A stretch of 49,227 nucleotides of DNA. Source: Candidatus Pacearchaeota archaeon. GTDB taxonomy: Archaea > Nanobdellota > Nanobdellia > Pacearchaeales > GW2011-AR1. A program made the position numbers and the translations under genes. Every line of letters begins with the position of its first letter. Position 1 is the first letter of the stretch. Below are positions 24,714 to 34,979 of this stretch, one piece after another. The notes below the pieces were generated by a model. It saw only the letters and a program-made list of their open reading frames with translations. It was not told the origin of the DNA and did no database searches. The stretch is from contig JAFCDA010000002.1 in the NCBI GenBank assembly GCA_017609915.1, positions 1-49,227 on the forward strand, given 5' to 3'.

Positions 24714-24805
24714 CTAATATCTTATAAGCAAAGGAAGATATACAGATGAGAAGATTAAGTTAAACATCATCTCCAAAGCTTAAAGATTCTCATAAAGATA
24801 TAAGC
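24714..24805 (-). repeat. Dispersed intergenic module, copy D (reverse orientation)
   Basis: The reverse complement reads ..tttaagctttggagatgatgtttaacttaatcttctcatctgtatatcttcctttgcttataagatattag. Confidence 0.45.
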
Positions 24806-24813
24806 AAAATAAT

Positions 24814-26046
24814 ATGGAAAAACAACAAAACATCGAAAACCTTGACACTTCAAAATCGAAAGATTTTGATAGTGCTCAGAAATCTGAACTTGTGAAGATT
24901 TCTGACATGCTCAATATTGGAATAGTTGGGCATATTGATCATGGAAAAACTACATTATTACATAAACTTACTGGAAAGTTTGCAGATACTCATTCAGAAG
25001 AACTTAAAAGAGGAATAACAATCAAATTAGGTTATGCTGATACAATATTAGAAAAAGCAGGTAAAAAGCGCTATATTAGCTTTGTAGACTGCCCAGGACA
25101 TGAAATGCTTATGGCAACAATGTTATCAGGAGCAGCTTTAATTGATGCAGCAATTCTTGTAATAGCAGCAAATGAAGGAATAAAACCTCAAACAAGAGAA
25201 CACCTTATTGCATTACAAGCTAAAAATGTTAATCAAATAATTATTGTCCAAAATAAAATTGATTTAGTTGACAAAAAACAAGCATTAGAAAATTACAAAA
25301 AAATTCAAGAATTTGTTAAAAACACAATTGCTGAAAAAGCCCTAATTATTCCTATTTCTGCACAACAAGGAATTAATATTGAAAAAATTAAAGAATTACT
25401 TTTAGAAATACCAACTACAAAAAGAGATTTAAAATCAGAACCTGAATTTTTAATTGCAAGAAGTTTTGATATTAATAAACCAGGAACAAAAATTGAAAAA
25501 CTTCATGGAGGAGTTTTAGCAGGAATATTAAAAAAAGGAACTTTAAAAGTAGGAGATGAAATTGAAATCAAACCAGGAATAACAGAAAAACATGCAAATC
25601 AAATTTCTTATAAACCTATTAAAACAAAAATTACATCAATTTATAGAGGAAATCACTCAATAAAACAAGCAACCCCTGGAGGAAGTTTAGCTTTTGAAAC
25701 AGAATTAGATAATGTTTTAACAAAAACAGATACTTTATCTGGTTGTATTGCTTCAAAACCAAACACACTTCCACAAATAACAGACACAATAAATATAAAA
25801 TTCAAATTATTCCCAGAAGTTTTAGGTGAAGAAAAAACCACAAAAGTTGAAAATCTTAAACCAAGTGAAATGCTTATGCTTTCAATTAATACAACCATCA
25901 CTGTTGGGCAAATTAAAAAAATAAAAGGAAATGAAATTGAGCTTTCTTTAAAAATCCCAGTAATTCCAATTAAAGGAGATAGTGTAGGTTTAGCAAGAAA
26001 TATTCATAATCACTGGAGATTGATTGGGTTTGGTGAGATATTGTAG
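24814..26046 (+). CDS. eif2g: Translation initiation factor aIF2 gamma subunit
   Basis: GHIDHGKTTL, DCPGHE and QNKIDL GTPase motifs, with the EF-Tu-like domains II and III. Confidence 0.9.
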   Translation: MEKQQNIENLDTSKSKDFDSAQKSELVKISDMLNIGIVGHIDHGKTTLLHKLTGKFADTHSEELKRGITIKLGYADTILEKAGKKRYISFVDCPGHEMLMATMLSGAALIDAAILVIAANEGIKPQTREHLIALQAKNVNQIIIVQNKIDLVDKKQALENYKKIQEFVKNTIAEKALIIPISAQQGINIEKIKELLLEIPTTKRDLKSEPEFLIARSFDINKPGTKIEKLHGGVLAGILKKGTLKVGDEIEIKPGITEKHANQISYKPIKTKITSIYRGNHSIKQATPGGSLAFETELDNVLTKTDTLSGCIASKPNTLPQITDTINIKFKLFPEVLGEEKTTKVENLKPSEMLMLSINTTITVGQIKKIKGNEIELSLKIPVIPIKGDSVGLARNIHNHWRLIGFGEIL

Positions 26047-26154
26047 TATTTTTAAAGGCTTCTAAAGGTTTATAAGTCACTAATATTCTTCAGGATTTTG
26101 CACTACTTTTAAGGCTTTCGCAGTCCTTTTAAACTTCAAAAAATCCTATAATTC

Positions 26155-26502
26155 ATGGCTGATGACAAAAAACCTCCCACAAAATACCAAGATAAAATTC
26201 ATAGCCTTGCAAGACCTTTTTCTCAATTACTAAAGGTTGAAAAGATAATAAAAGAAAAACCAAAACTTTGTACTAATTTTAAAGATCTATTAGAAAAAAT
26301 AAAGGATTATGACCCTAAAGAGATATTAGAGGTATTAGAAAAAGAAACAGAAAACATCCTAGCCCCAAAAGATCCTGAATCTTCTGACTTAACTGAGTTT
26401 TTCTTAAAAGAATTACAAGAATATAAGACCCATAAAAACTATCAAATTAATAAATATAACTCTATTTCTAAAAGAGATTATCAGAATTCTCAAGTAGCTT
26501 AA
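26155..26502 (+). CDS. Hypothetical protein, tandem paralog 1
   Basis: N-terminus MADDKKPPTKYQDKI. Shares a promoter block and N-terminal pattern with the next gene. Confidence 0.4.
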   Translation: MADDKKPPTKYQDKIHSLARPFSQLLKVEKIIKEKPKLCTNFKDLLEKIKDYDPKEILEVLEKETENILAPKDPESSDLTEFFLKELQEYKTHKNYQINKYNSISKRDYQNSQVA

Positions 26503-26560
26503 AATCAACTATTTTTAAACCTTTCGCATCACTTTTAAACATTAAAAGACTATATAATAT

Positions 26561-26986
26561 ATGGATGATGATGAACCTCCTACGAGAATAAAAGGTGATA
26601 TAAGAAATAGTGATTCTTCTACAAGTTTGCTAAAAATACCAAAGAAATTACCAGATATAGGTAAAAAATATCCTTCAAATGGGGGGATGAGTTGTCCTTT
26701 AATTTATTATGAATCTTGTCCTAAACACAATTTAGATGCAGATTGTTTAGGGGATTCAAGAAAACGTAAGGGCTGCCATATTTTTATAGAAAAAGCTATT
26801 ACTGCTCCTCCAAAAGGAATTAATTGTAATAATAATATTTTAGAACAACTACAAAGAAAGAAACAACATTACAAAAAATTAGAACAAAATTGTATAAATC
26901 AAAAAACAAACCTCGAACAAACAAGAAGAGATTATGAACAAGCTCAAAAAAACCTATCTACATTTAAAGAAGAATATTTTATTTAA
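26561..26986 (+). CDS. Hypothetical Cys-containing protein, tandem paralog 2
   Basis: N-terminus [14 protein letters not shown]. Central segment [29 protein letters not shown], with a coiled-coil-like C-terminus. Confidence 0.4.
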   Translation: MDDDEPPTRIKGDIRNSDSSTSLLKIPKKLPDIGKKYPSNGGMSCPLIYYESCPKHNLDADCLGDSRKRKGCHIFIEKAITAPPKGINCNNNILEQLQRKKQHYKKLEQNCINQKTNLEQTRRDYEQAQKNLSTFKEEYFI

Positions 26987-29490
26987 TCTTCAACTTCAAT
27001 CTCTTTATCTCTAACCAATTTTGCAATATCTCCAACTCTGTCCCCTACTTGTAACCTAATTATTCTTACTCCTTGAGTAACTCTTCCCATAACCCTTATA
27101 TCTTTCACACCTGTTCTAATAACAATTCCTTTTTGAGTTGAAACTACAAATTTATCTCCTTGAGAAACATTAATAGTACTTACAACATTTCCTGTTTTTT
27201 CAGTAATCTTTAAATTAATTACTCCTTTACAAGCCCTTCCTGTTAATCTATAATCTGTAATCTTGCTTCTTTTTCCATAACCTTTTTCAGTTATAGTCAA
27301 AATAGAAGAATTTTTATCTTTAACAGTTTCTAAACTAACTACTTCATCTCCAGCCCCTAATTTAATTCCAGTAACTCCATAACTTGCTCTTCCCATTGTT
27401 CTAACTTCTTTTGAATTAAATTTAATTGCTTGTCCTTTTTTACTCATTAACATAACTTCTTGCCCTTCTACAATCTTATCAACACCAACAACTTTATCTG
27501 AATTATCTAAAGGAAGATTAATAATTCTAACACCGCTATTTCTTGGTTTTGCAAATAATTCTAATCTAATTTTCTTAACATGTCCTTTCTTAGTTGCCAT
27601 AAACAAATAATCTTCAAACTTTTTTATAGCCATTACATTAGTAATAACATCATCTTTAATATTCAATAAATTAACAATTGCTTGTCCTTTTCCATATCTT
27701 TGTGTTTCAGGAACCTTATATGCTTTTAACCAGAATAATCTTCCACGAGCAGTGAACAGCAAAAGTTGGTCATGAGTAGAACATGTAATTATTTGTTTTA
27801 CAAAGTCTTCACTAGTTAACTCTGCACCAATAACCCCTTTACCTCCTCTTTTCTGCTCATTATAAACTCTAAAAGGCATTCTTTTAATATAACCTTTATC
27901 CGTTATTGTAATAACAACATCTTTTTTCTGAACTAAATCTTTTTCTTGAAGTTCTTTAACAGATTGAATAATAGTGCTTCTTCTTGCATCTCCATAATTC
28001 TTTTTAACTTCATTTAATTCTTTTTTAATTATCTTTAAAATTTCTTTTTCATCATTTAAAATTTTCTTTAATTCTTTAATTAATATAAGCAGGTCTCTTT
28101 CTTCTTTTTTTAATTTTTCATGTTCTAAAGAAGTAAGTTGTTTTAATGTAATATCTAAAATAGCTTCTGCTTGTTTTTTACTTAATTTAAATTTCTTTTG
28201 TAATGCTTCAGAAGCTATAATGGTTGTTCTACTTTTCTTAATTGTTTCAATAACTTTATCTAAATATTTTAAAGCAACTAACAATCCTTTAACAATATGT
28301 TCTCTTGCTTCTGCTTTTCTTAAACCAAATTCAGTTCTTTTTCTAACTATTTTCCTTCTATAATTAATATAACATTGAATTATTTGTTTAAGATTAAGTT
28401 GTCTTGGAATTCCAGCAACTAAGGCAACTAAAACAGCATCAAATCTTGTTTGCAATTTAGTGGATTTATACAATCTATTAATAGTAAATTGAGAGTTTGC
28501 TCCTTTTTTTAAATCAATAACAACCCTCACTTTTCCTTTTGAACTTTCATCCCTAATATCTGAAATATCTGGTAACTTTTTATCTTTAGCAAGTTCTGCA
28601 ATTTGCTTAACTAAATCTGATTTATTTACCTGATAAGGAATTTCAGTAATAATAAGGGATTCTTTATTTTTTTTACTTTCAGTTGTAATTCTTCCACGAA
28701 TAATAAATCCTGCTTTTCCATTTTCATATAATTCTTTAAAATTCTCACTTACAATTTTTCCACCAGTTGGAAGATCAGGCCCTTTAATTATTTGCATAAG
28801 TTGTTCAATTGTAATATTTGGTTTATCAATTGTTTTTATAATTGCATCACAAACTTCTATTAGATTATGTGGAGGAATATTTGTTGTCATTCCAACTGCA
28901 ATCCCACTTGAACCATTAATAAGTAAATTAGGAACTTTTCCAGGCAATACAATTGGTTCTTTAACAGAATTATCAAAATTAGGAATAAACTTTACAGTTT
29001 CTTTATCAATATCTTGAAGCAATTCAACAGCTATTTTAGCTAATTTTGCTTCTGTATAACGAGAAGCAGCCGCATTATCTCCGTCGAGGCTTCCAAAATT
29101 ACCTTGTCCATGAACTAAAGGATATCTTAAACTAAATGACTGAGCCATTCTTACCATTGCATCGTATATAGCCATATCACCATGTGGGTGAAACTTACCC
29201 ATAGTATCTCCAACAATACGAGCACTTTTCTTAGTCATTCCTTTTTCAAGACCCATAAGCTTCATAGCATATAATATCCTACGATGTACTGGTTTAAGCC
29301 CATCTTCAACACTAGGAAGAGCTCTAGCAACAATAACACTCATAGCATAATCAATATATGCTCTTTTCATTTCTCCAGAAATCTCACTACCTACAACCCT
29401 ATCCTCATCCATATCTCTAAGATTAATAGATGTTTTTTCAAGAGTTTCTGATTCTCCATTTCCATTTGTATTGTTTTTCTGTTCTGGCAT
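26983..29490 (-). CDS. gyrA: DNA gyrase subunit A
   Basis: [12 protein letters not shown], the active-site region [11 protein letters not shown], and C-terminal beta-pinwheel repeats. 835 aa. Confidence 0.95.
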   Translation of the reverse strand: MPEQKNNTNGNGESETLEKTSINLRDMDEDRVVGSEISGEMKRAYIDYAMSVIVARALPSVEDGLKPVHRRILYAMKLMGLEKGMTKKSARIVGDTMGKFHPHGDMAIYDAMVRMAQSFSLRYPLVHGQGNFGSLDGDNAAASRYTEAKLAKIAVELLQDIDKETVKFIPNFDNSVKEPIVLPGKVPNLLINGSSGIAVGMTTNIPPHNLIEVCDAIIKTIDKPNITIEQLMQIIKGPDLPTGGKIVSENFKELYENGKAGFIIRGRITTESKKNKESLIITEIPYQVNKSDLVKQIAELAKDKKLPDISDIRDESSKGKVRVVIDLKKGANSQFTINRLYKSTKLQTRFDAVLVALVAGIPRQLNLKQIIQCYINYRRKIVRKRTEFGLRKAEAREHIVKGLLVALKYLDKVIETIKKSRTTIIASEALQKKFKLSKKQAEAILDITLKQLTSLEHEKLKKEERDLLILIKELKKILNDEKEILKIIKKELNEVKKNYGDARRSTIIQSVKELQEKDLVQKKDVVITITDKGYIKRMPFRVYNEQKRGGKGVIGAELTSEDFVKQIITCSTHDQLLLFTARGRLFWLKAYKVPETQRYGKGQAIVNLLNIKDDVITNVMAIKKFEDYLFMATKKGHVKKIRLELFAKPRNSGVRIINLPLDNSDKVVGVDKIVEGQEVMLMSKKGQAIKFNSKEVRTMGRASYGVTGIKLGAGDEVVSLETVKDKNSSILTITEKGYGKRSKITDYRLTGRACKGVINLKITEKTGNVVSTINVSQGDKFVVSTQKGIVIRTGVKDIRVMGRVTQGVRIIRLQVGDRVGDIAKLVRDKEIEVED

Positions 29491-29493
29491 TTT

Positions 29494-30123
29494 TTATTGT
29501 TCTTCTTTAATTTCTTTTTCTAATAATTCTACAAATTTTTTAGTATATTCATATCTTTCTTCTGCAATCTTTTTTGCTTTAGTTGAATAAAGATACCCTT
29601 TACCCCTTATCAAAAGCTTATTTTTAAATCTATTAATCACATCATCTTTACTAATATCTTTTTTTAGATTAGAATGCTGCATAGGTTCTTTTCTTTCACA
29701 ACCCCTAATAAAAGTTCTTCCAATTCCAATAGTCCCAAGTAAATCTAATTTATCAGAATCCCATAAAATCTCTGCTTCTTTTGAACTTGGTTTTGCATCA
29801 TTACTATATCTATGAGTGAAAATACAATCCACAACTTTCTTTATTTTATCTTCAGGAAAATTTAATTCTTTTAAAATTTTCTCAGCCATTTCTGCTCCTT
29901 CCTTAGCATGACATTTTATCTCACCACAATCTTCTTTCATACGAGCAATATCATGTAATAAAGAAGAGGCTTTAACAACATCTATATCAACATCCTCCTC
30001 CTTAGAAAGCATTAATGCATTATTAAAAACCCTTTCAGTATGGCTAAATCCATGACTTGTTCCCTCCCTAAAAAAAGGTTGTATCTTCTCTATCAATTTA
30101 TCAAAAAATTCTTTATTTTTCAT
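29494..30123 (-). CDS. HD-domain metal-dependent phosphohydrolase
   Basis: HGFSHTERV...LLHDIAR (H...HD motif). Inserted between gyrB and gyrA. Confidence 0.8.
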   Translation of the reverse strand: MKNKEFFDKLIEKIQPFFREGTSHGFSHTERVFNNALMLSKEEDVDIDVVKASSLLHDIARMKEDCGEIKCHAKEGAEMAEKILKELNFPEDKIKKVVDCIFTHRYSNDAKPSSKEAEILWDSDKLDLLGTIGIGRTFIRGCERKEPMQHSNLKKDISKDDVINRFKNKLLIRGKGYLYSTKAKKIAEERYEYTKKFVELLEKEIKEEQ

Positions 30124-32012
30124 TATATATCAACCTCCGCTATATTTGCATTAGTCTCAATAAACTTTCTACGAGGACCTACAACATCTCCCATTAACAT
30201 TGAAAATGTTTCATCAGCTAAAACAGCATCTTCTATATTTACCTTCTTCAATATCCTTGTTTTAGGATTCATTGTTGTATCCCATAATTGCTGAGCATTC
30301 ATTTCTCCTAAACCTTTAAATCTTTGAACATCTGCCTTTCCACCTAATTTAGCAAGTAATTTTTTTAATTCATCATCAGAATAAACATAAGTATCTTTTC
30401 CTTTTCTTACCCTATAAAGTGGAGAAACTGCGATATACATGTTTCCATTTTCAATTAATTCAGGAACATATCTAAAAAAGAACGTCAATAACAATGTTGT
30501 AATATGTTGTCCATCAACATCAGCATCTGTCATAATTATAATTTTACTATATCTTAATTTTTGTAAATTAAAGTTTTCTTTTACTCCTGTTCCCATAGCA
30601 GTAATAAGATTAATGATTTCTTCACTTGATAATGCTCTTGTAGGATTTGATTTTTCAACATTAAGAATTTTGCCTTTTAATGGTAAAATAGCTTGAAATT
30701 CCTTGTTACGAGCCATTTTTGCACTACCTCCTGCACTATCTCCTTCAACAATATATAGTTCTGTTTTTTCCATTTTTTTACTTGAACAATCTGCTAATTT
30801 TCCAGGTAATCCAGAAAAACCAACAACACTTTTTCTTCTAACTAAATCTCTTGCTTTTTTAGCTGCTTCACGAGCTTTAGAAGAAGCACTTGCTTTCTGA
30901 GCAATCTTATTTGAGACACTTGGATTTTCTTCTAAAAATTCAGATAAAGCAACAGAGACCATTGAATCAACATAACCTTTAACTTCTGAATTTCCAAGTT
31001 TTGTTTTAGTCTGTCCTTCAAATTGAGGTTCTTTTAATTTTAAACTAACAATAGCAGTAATACCTTCTCTAACATCATCACCACTTAAACTTCCTGATTT
31101 TAGAATTCCTTTTTTCTTTGCATAATCATTTACAGCACGAGTTAAAGCTGTTTTAAATCCAGAAATATGAGTCCCACCCTCAGTAGTGTTAATTGTATTT
31201 ACAAAACCAAAAATATTTTCATTATAACTATCTGTATATTGAATCGCGACTTCAACAACACAAGAATCAACTTGCTTCCTAAAATAAATAGGTTTATGTA
31301 AAACTTGTTTAGATTTATTAATATGTTGAACAAACTCAATTAAACCCCCAGCATAATGAAGCATTTCTTGTTTCCCATTTTTCAAATCTTTTAATACAAT
31401 TTTAACATTTGGATTTAAAAAAGCAATTTCTTGAAATCTTTTTTTCAAAAAATTAAAATCAAACTCAATTGTAGAAAATATATCTGTATCAGGATAAAAA
31501 GTAATTTCAGTTCCATGTTCTTCTTTTTTACATTTTCCAATAATTTTCATTGCATAAATTGGCTTACCAATTTTATATTCTTGCTGATAAACTTTTCCAT
31601 CTCTTTTAACTTTTGCAATTAATTTTTTAGATAATGCATTTACAACACTAACACCAACACCATGTAATCCTCCAGAAATTTCATAAGCTGTTTTTTCAAA
31701 TTTCCCACCAGCATGAAGCTTAGTTAGAGCAATCTCAAGAGCAGGTTTTTTATAAACAGGATGTTTATCAACAGGAATTCCCCTCCCATTATCTTTAACA
31801 GTCATGCTCCCATCTTTATTTATTATAATTTCAATAATAGTACAAAAACCAGCTAAACATTCATCAATAGAATTATCAACAACCTCAAAAACTAAATGAT
31901 GTAAACCATCTTTACTAGTTCCACCTATGTACATGGCAGGTCTTTTTCTAACCCCTTCCAAACCTTCCAGTACTTTAATCTGTGCTGCTCCATATGATTT
32001 TTTTTCTGACAT
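30123..32012 (-). CDS. gyrB: DNA gyrase subunit B
   Basis: GHKL ATPase motifs (EVVDNSIDE, DNGRGIP, GGLHGVG), Toprim EGDSAGG, and PLKGKILNVE. 629 aa. Confidence 0.95.
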   Translation of the reverse strand: MSEKKSYGAAQIKVLEGLEGVRKRPAMYIGGTSKDGLHHLVFEVVDNSIDECLAGFCTIIEIIINKDGSMTVKDNGRGIPVDKHPVYKKPALEIALTKLHAGGKFEKTAYEISGGLHGVGVSVVNALSKKLIAKVKRDGKVYQQEYKIGKPIYAMKIIGKCKKEEHGTEITFYPDTDIFSTIEFDFNFLKKRFQEIAFLNPNVKIVLKDLKNGKQEMLHYAGGLIEFVQHINKSKQVLHKPIYFRKQVDSCVVEVAIQYTDSYNENIFGFVNTINTTEGGTHISGFKTALTRAVNDYAKKKGILKSGSLSGDDVREGITAIVSLKLKEPQFEGQTKTKLGNSEVKGYVDSMVSVALSEFLEENPSVSNKIAQKASASSKAREAAKKARDLVRRKSVVGFSGLPGKLADCSSKKMEKTELYIVEGDSAGGSAKMARNKEFQAILPLKGKILNVEKSNPTRALSSEEIINLITAMGTGVKENFNLQKLRYSKIIIMTDADVDGQHITTLLLTFFFRYVPELIENGNMYIAVSPLYRVRKGKDTYVYSDDELKKLLAKLGGKADVQRFKGLGEMNAQQLWDTTMNPKTRILKKVNIEDAVLADETFSMLMGDVVGPRRKFIETNANIAEVDI

Positions 32013-32014
32013 TT

Positions 32015-32416
32015 TTATATTTTCAACTCATTTAATTTATTATATAAATCTTCAATATCCTCAAATTCAATAATCTTATCAGCAACTTCTCTAATGTAAG
32101 TGTTATTAACATTTTTATTAATCAATAAAATAATTTTTTTCTTTTCTCCTAGAATATAACCAATTTCCATTAACATACCTTCACTTTTTCCTTCTCCTCT
32201 TACTATAACCAACATAGCATTTGAATCATCAATCTCATTAAAAGCATGTTTTATCATTTCCTTTTTAGATTTTTTTTCAAACTCATTTCTATCTTCAATC
32301 ATTGTGCAATAAGCTTCATGGCCTTTTTCCTTAAGTAAAGAAATAATTTTATTACATTCTCCAATAAGTTCATCCTTATTTTCTCCTGTTACTTTTTGTG
32401 CTATAAAAAATTTCAT
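32015..32416 (-). CDS. Nucleoside 2-deoxyribosyltransferase-like protein
   Basis: 133 aa. The ..SNAMLVIV..GKSEGMLMEIGYILGEKKKIILL pattern resembles the family's D/E-G-T-x-x-E-x-G-Y motif. Assignment is tentative. Confidence 0.4.
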   Translation of the reverse strand: MKFFIAQKVTGENKDELIGECNKIISLLKEKGHEAYCTMIEDRNEFEKKSKKEMIKHAFNEIDDSNAMLVIVRGEGKSEGMLMEIGYILGEKKKIILLINKNVNNTYIREVADKIIEFEDIEDLYNKLNELKI

Positions 32417-32581
32417 TTTTTATTTTAGACAGTTTTAACTAAAACCTCTTAATTTCAGTAAATTTTTATTAAAAATTTTCCCTATATTCACTACACAAAA
32501 ACCTTTTTCATTTAAAAACCTTTCTGCCTAAATTTAAGGGTTTCAAGGCCTTAAATCAAAGAATTCATTTTTAACCCTAAT

Positions 32582-34789
32582 TTAAACACATCCAACAATC
32601 AATCCATTTTTAATATGAACTTGGCAAGATGAAGAACAAGAACTCGAAGTACAAAGCCAATAGTTTGTATAATCTGTAATTCCTTCATCTGAAATATTAA
32701 CATTATAAACATTTACTTCAATATTTTCTCTTAAAATAGGAGTATAAAACTGATAATTATCTGAAAAAAAAGTAAAATTCAAAGTTAAATTTGTTGAATC
32801 TTTTGAAATATCATAAGTATTTAGTCCAGTCAAATCTTGTGATACAGTATAGTTCCAGCCACTTCCAGGAACATAATATCCTAAGAACAAACCGATGTTA
32901 GAGCCAAAATTATTTTCATAATTTGTTAATACATCAACCTTATTATTCCCACTTGAGATATTTATTTCCTTTTCTAAATTCCCCTGTTGTTTAAATCTTG
33001 TTGACTGATTATTATAAATTGCTTGTATTTGTGATTCTGTTAAACTCTTATTAAAAATCATAGTTTCATCAATCTTCCCTTTCCATTGTCTACCAGCCCA
33101 TCCTCCTCCAATTGTGGTAGGCAAATTTCGATTATTAATAATACCAGATTGCGCGCTACTACCCCTCTTAACCCCATCAACATAAATAGTTATTTCTGCT
33201 CCATCATATGTCCCAACCACATGATGCCATTCACCTGATGTTGCTGTTACTCCACTACTTAACCATTCAAGAGAACTTGTTCGTACATAAAACTGAAATG
33301 TATTATCTCCAAGACTTTGATAAAGCCCCCAATCATAACTACTACTTGTAATTCCAGTATTCCCAATAAAAAAGGTTCCTTGTTTTATTACATCACTATT
33401 AACCCATGTAGCTACAGTTATTTGATCAGTTATTTGGTCATTAATATTATCTCCCACTGTATAATTAGCTGGTTTTACTTCAAGCGCCTCAGTAATGTTA
33501 TCTTCAATACTAAGTCCAACCGCCCAATTTAATTTACCATCGCCTGCATAATATGTCCATAATTGATCTCCAGAAATTATTCTGTTTATATTTTCAATAT
33601 CAGTTAAAACCCAAGGAGTATCCAAATCAATAGAATCCCAACCAGACTCACCAGGTATTATAGCCACCCTAACCAACTCCCTAGTAGATTCTAAAAAATA
33701 AGGAGTAGTATCTCTGTATAAATAATGCCATGAATAATCCCTAGTGCTATCATAGCTAGGAACAAGTATATAATAATAATTTTTATATTTAAATGAATGA
33801 GGACAAAACTGAGAATATCTTTTATCATTTGAATCATCACTTGAACTAAATATTGGACTTCCTTGATATTCATTCCAATCACTCAAATTAGTTGTAGTTG
33901 CTAAACCTACTTGTCTCCCCATACCAAAAGGATGGCCACCCCAGTCTGAATACCACATAAGATAAGTATCATCCACTTTCATAATACTAAAGCAATTTTC
34001 AAAAGTACCTAACCAACCAGTATCTGAAGGTGTAAAAATAGGATTATTTAAGTCCTTTGTCCAACTAATCCCATCTAAAGAAGTAGCATGACCAATTACC
34101 CGCGGGTAAGTCCCATAAGTATATATCATATGATACACATTATTTTCCTTCCAAACCATTGGAACCCTTTTATTAGACTCATCTGCTGTAGATTCAAAGA
34201 CAGGATTATCAACATATTTTACAAAATTCTTTCCATCTAAACTACTAGCTAATCCTATTTGTGAAACACTGCCATCTTTTCCTTGATAATACATCTTAAT
34301 TTCACCACTATCATTAACTATACTAGCAAAAGTAGCATAAGAATCATCCCAGGACCCTGCTCCACCCTTAGATAACACTGGATTCCCAGAATATTTACTC
34401 CATTCATAAGAATCTTGTGGTATTGATGCATTTGAAGGAAGTAAAAGATAATCTCCACGTCCATCCAACTGCAAACAACCATCATATAAACAGCCATTTT
34501 GGTTTACAACCGCATTTCCATATGCTGCCCAATCATTATCATATCTTATAAAATCATGGGCTGTGAATCTTTGTGTATTTTCTGCATCACCATCAAAACT
34601 TAAATAGCTAACTAAAGAATCATAAGGAGCAGCATCAGAAACCTCTAAATAAGAAAAATCATCTTTGACTACAATATCCTTTGAAATATCATTTGTAAAA
34701 CCACCACTTACCTGAATTATAATCAAAGTTAAAACCATTAATAAACAAAAAACCATAAAAACCTTTTTTAACACATCCTTTTTCTCCAT
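32582..34789 (-). CDS. Secreted protein: 5-bladed beta-propeller glycosidase-like domain(s) plus a LamG/concanavalin-A-like lectin domain
   Basis: N-terminal signal/anchor. Repeated W-D / GxxxMYY blade-like segments (NPVLSKGGAGSWDD..MYYQG..). LamG-like WHHVVGTYDGAEITIYVDG...GKIDETMIFNKSLTESQIQ. Confidence 0.55.
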   Translation of the reverse strand: MEKKDVLKKVFMVFCLLMVLTLIIIQVSGGFTNDISKDIVVKDDFSYLEVSDAAPYDSLVSYLSFDGDAENTQRFTAHDFIRYDNDWAAYGNAVVNQNGCLYDGCLQLDGRGDYLLLPSNASIPQDSYEWSKYSGNPVLSKGGAGSWDDSYATFASIVNDSGEIKMYYQGKDGSVSQIGLASSLDGKNFVKYVDNPVFESTADESNKRVPMVWKENNVYHMIYTYGTYPRVIGHATSLDGISWTKDLNNPIFTPSDTGWLGTFENCFSIMKVDDTYLMWYSDWGGHPFGMGRQVGLATTTNLSDWNEYQGSPIFSSSDDSNDKRYSQFCPHSFKYKNYYYILVPSYDSTRDYSWHYLYRDTTPYFLESTRELVRVAIIPGESGWDSIDLDTPWVLTDIENINRIISGDQLWTYYAGDGKLNWAVGLSIEDNITEALEVKPANYTVGDNINDQITDQITVATWVNSDVIKQGTFFIGNTGITSSSYDWGLYQSLGDNTFQFYVRTSSLEWLSSGVTATSGEWHHVVGTYDGAEITIYVDGVKRGSSAQSGIINNRNLPTTIGGGWAGRQWKGKIDETMIFNKSLTESQIQAIYNNQSTRFKQQGNLEKEINISSGNNKVDVLTNYENNFGSNIGLFLGYYVPGSGWNYTVSQDLTGLNTYDISKDSTNLTLNFTFFSDNYQFYTPILRENIEVNVYNVNISDEGITDYTNYWLCTSSSCSSSCQVHIKNGLIVGCV

Positions 34790-34875
34790 AAATTTAAAAA
34801 AATAAAACTTCCTTAATAAACATTCTTATAAGTTAAGATATTTTTTAGTAAATAGATAATGAGAAACATATTTCT

Positions 34876-34960
34876 GGTATTAATCTTCAAGCATATCTCT
34901 AATCATAATCAGAACTTAATCCTCTCTTCTTCAAAGCTTCATATTTTATAAGATATTAAT
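34876..34960 (-). repeat. Dispersed intergenic module, copy G (reverse orientation)
   Basis: The reverse complement reads cttataaaatatgaagctttgaagaagagaggattaagttctgattatgattagagatatgcttgaagattaatacc. Confidence 0.4.
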
Positions 34961-34979
34961 AATTAGAACCATAAAACAA

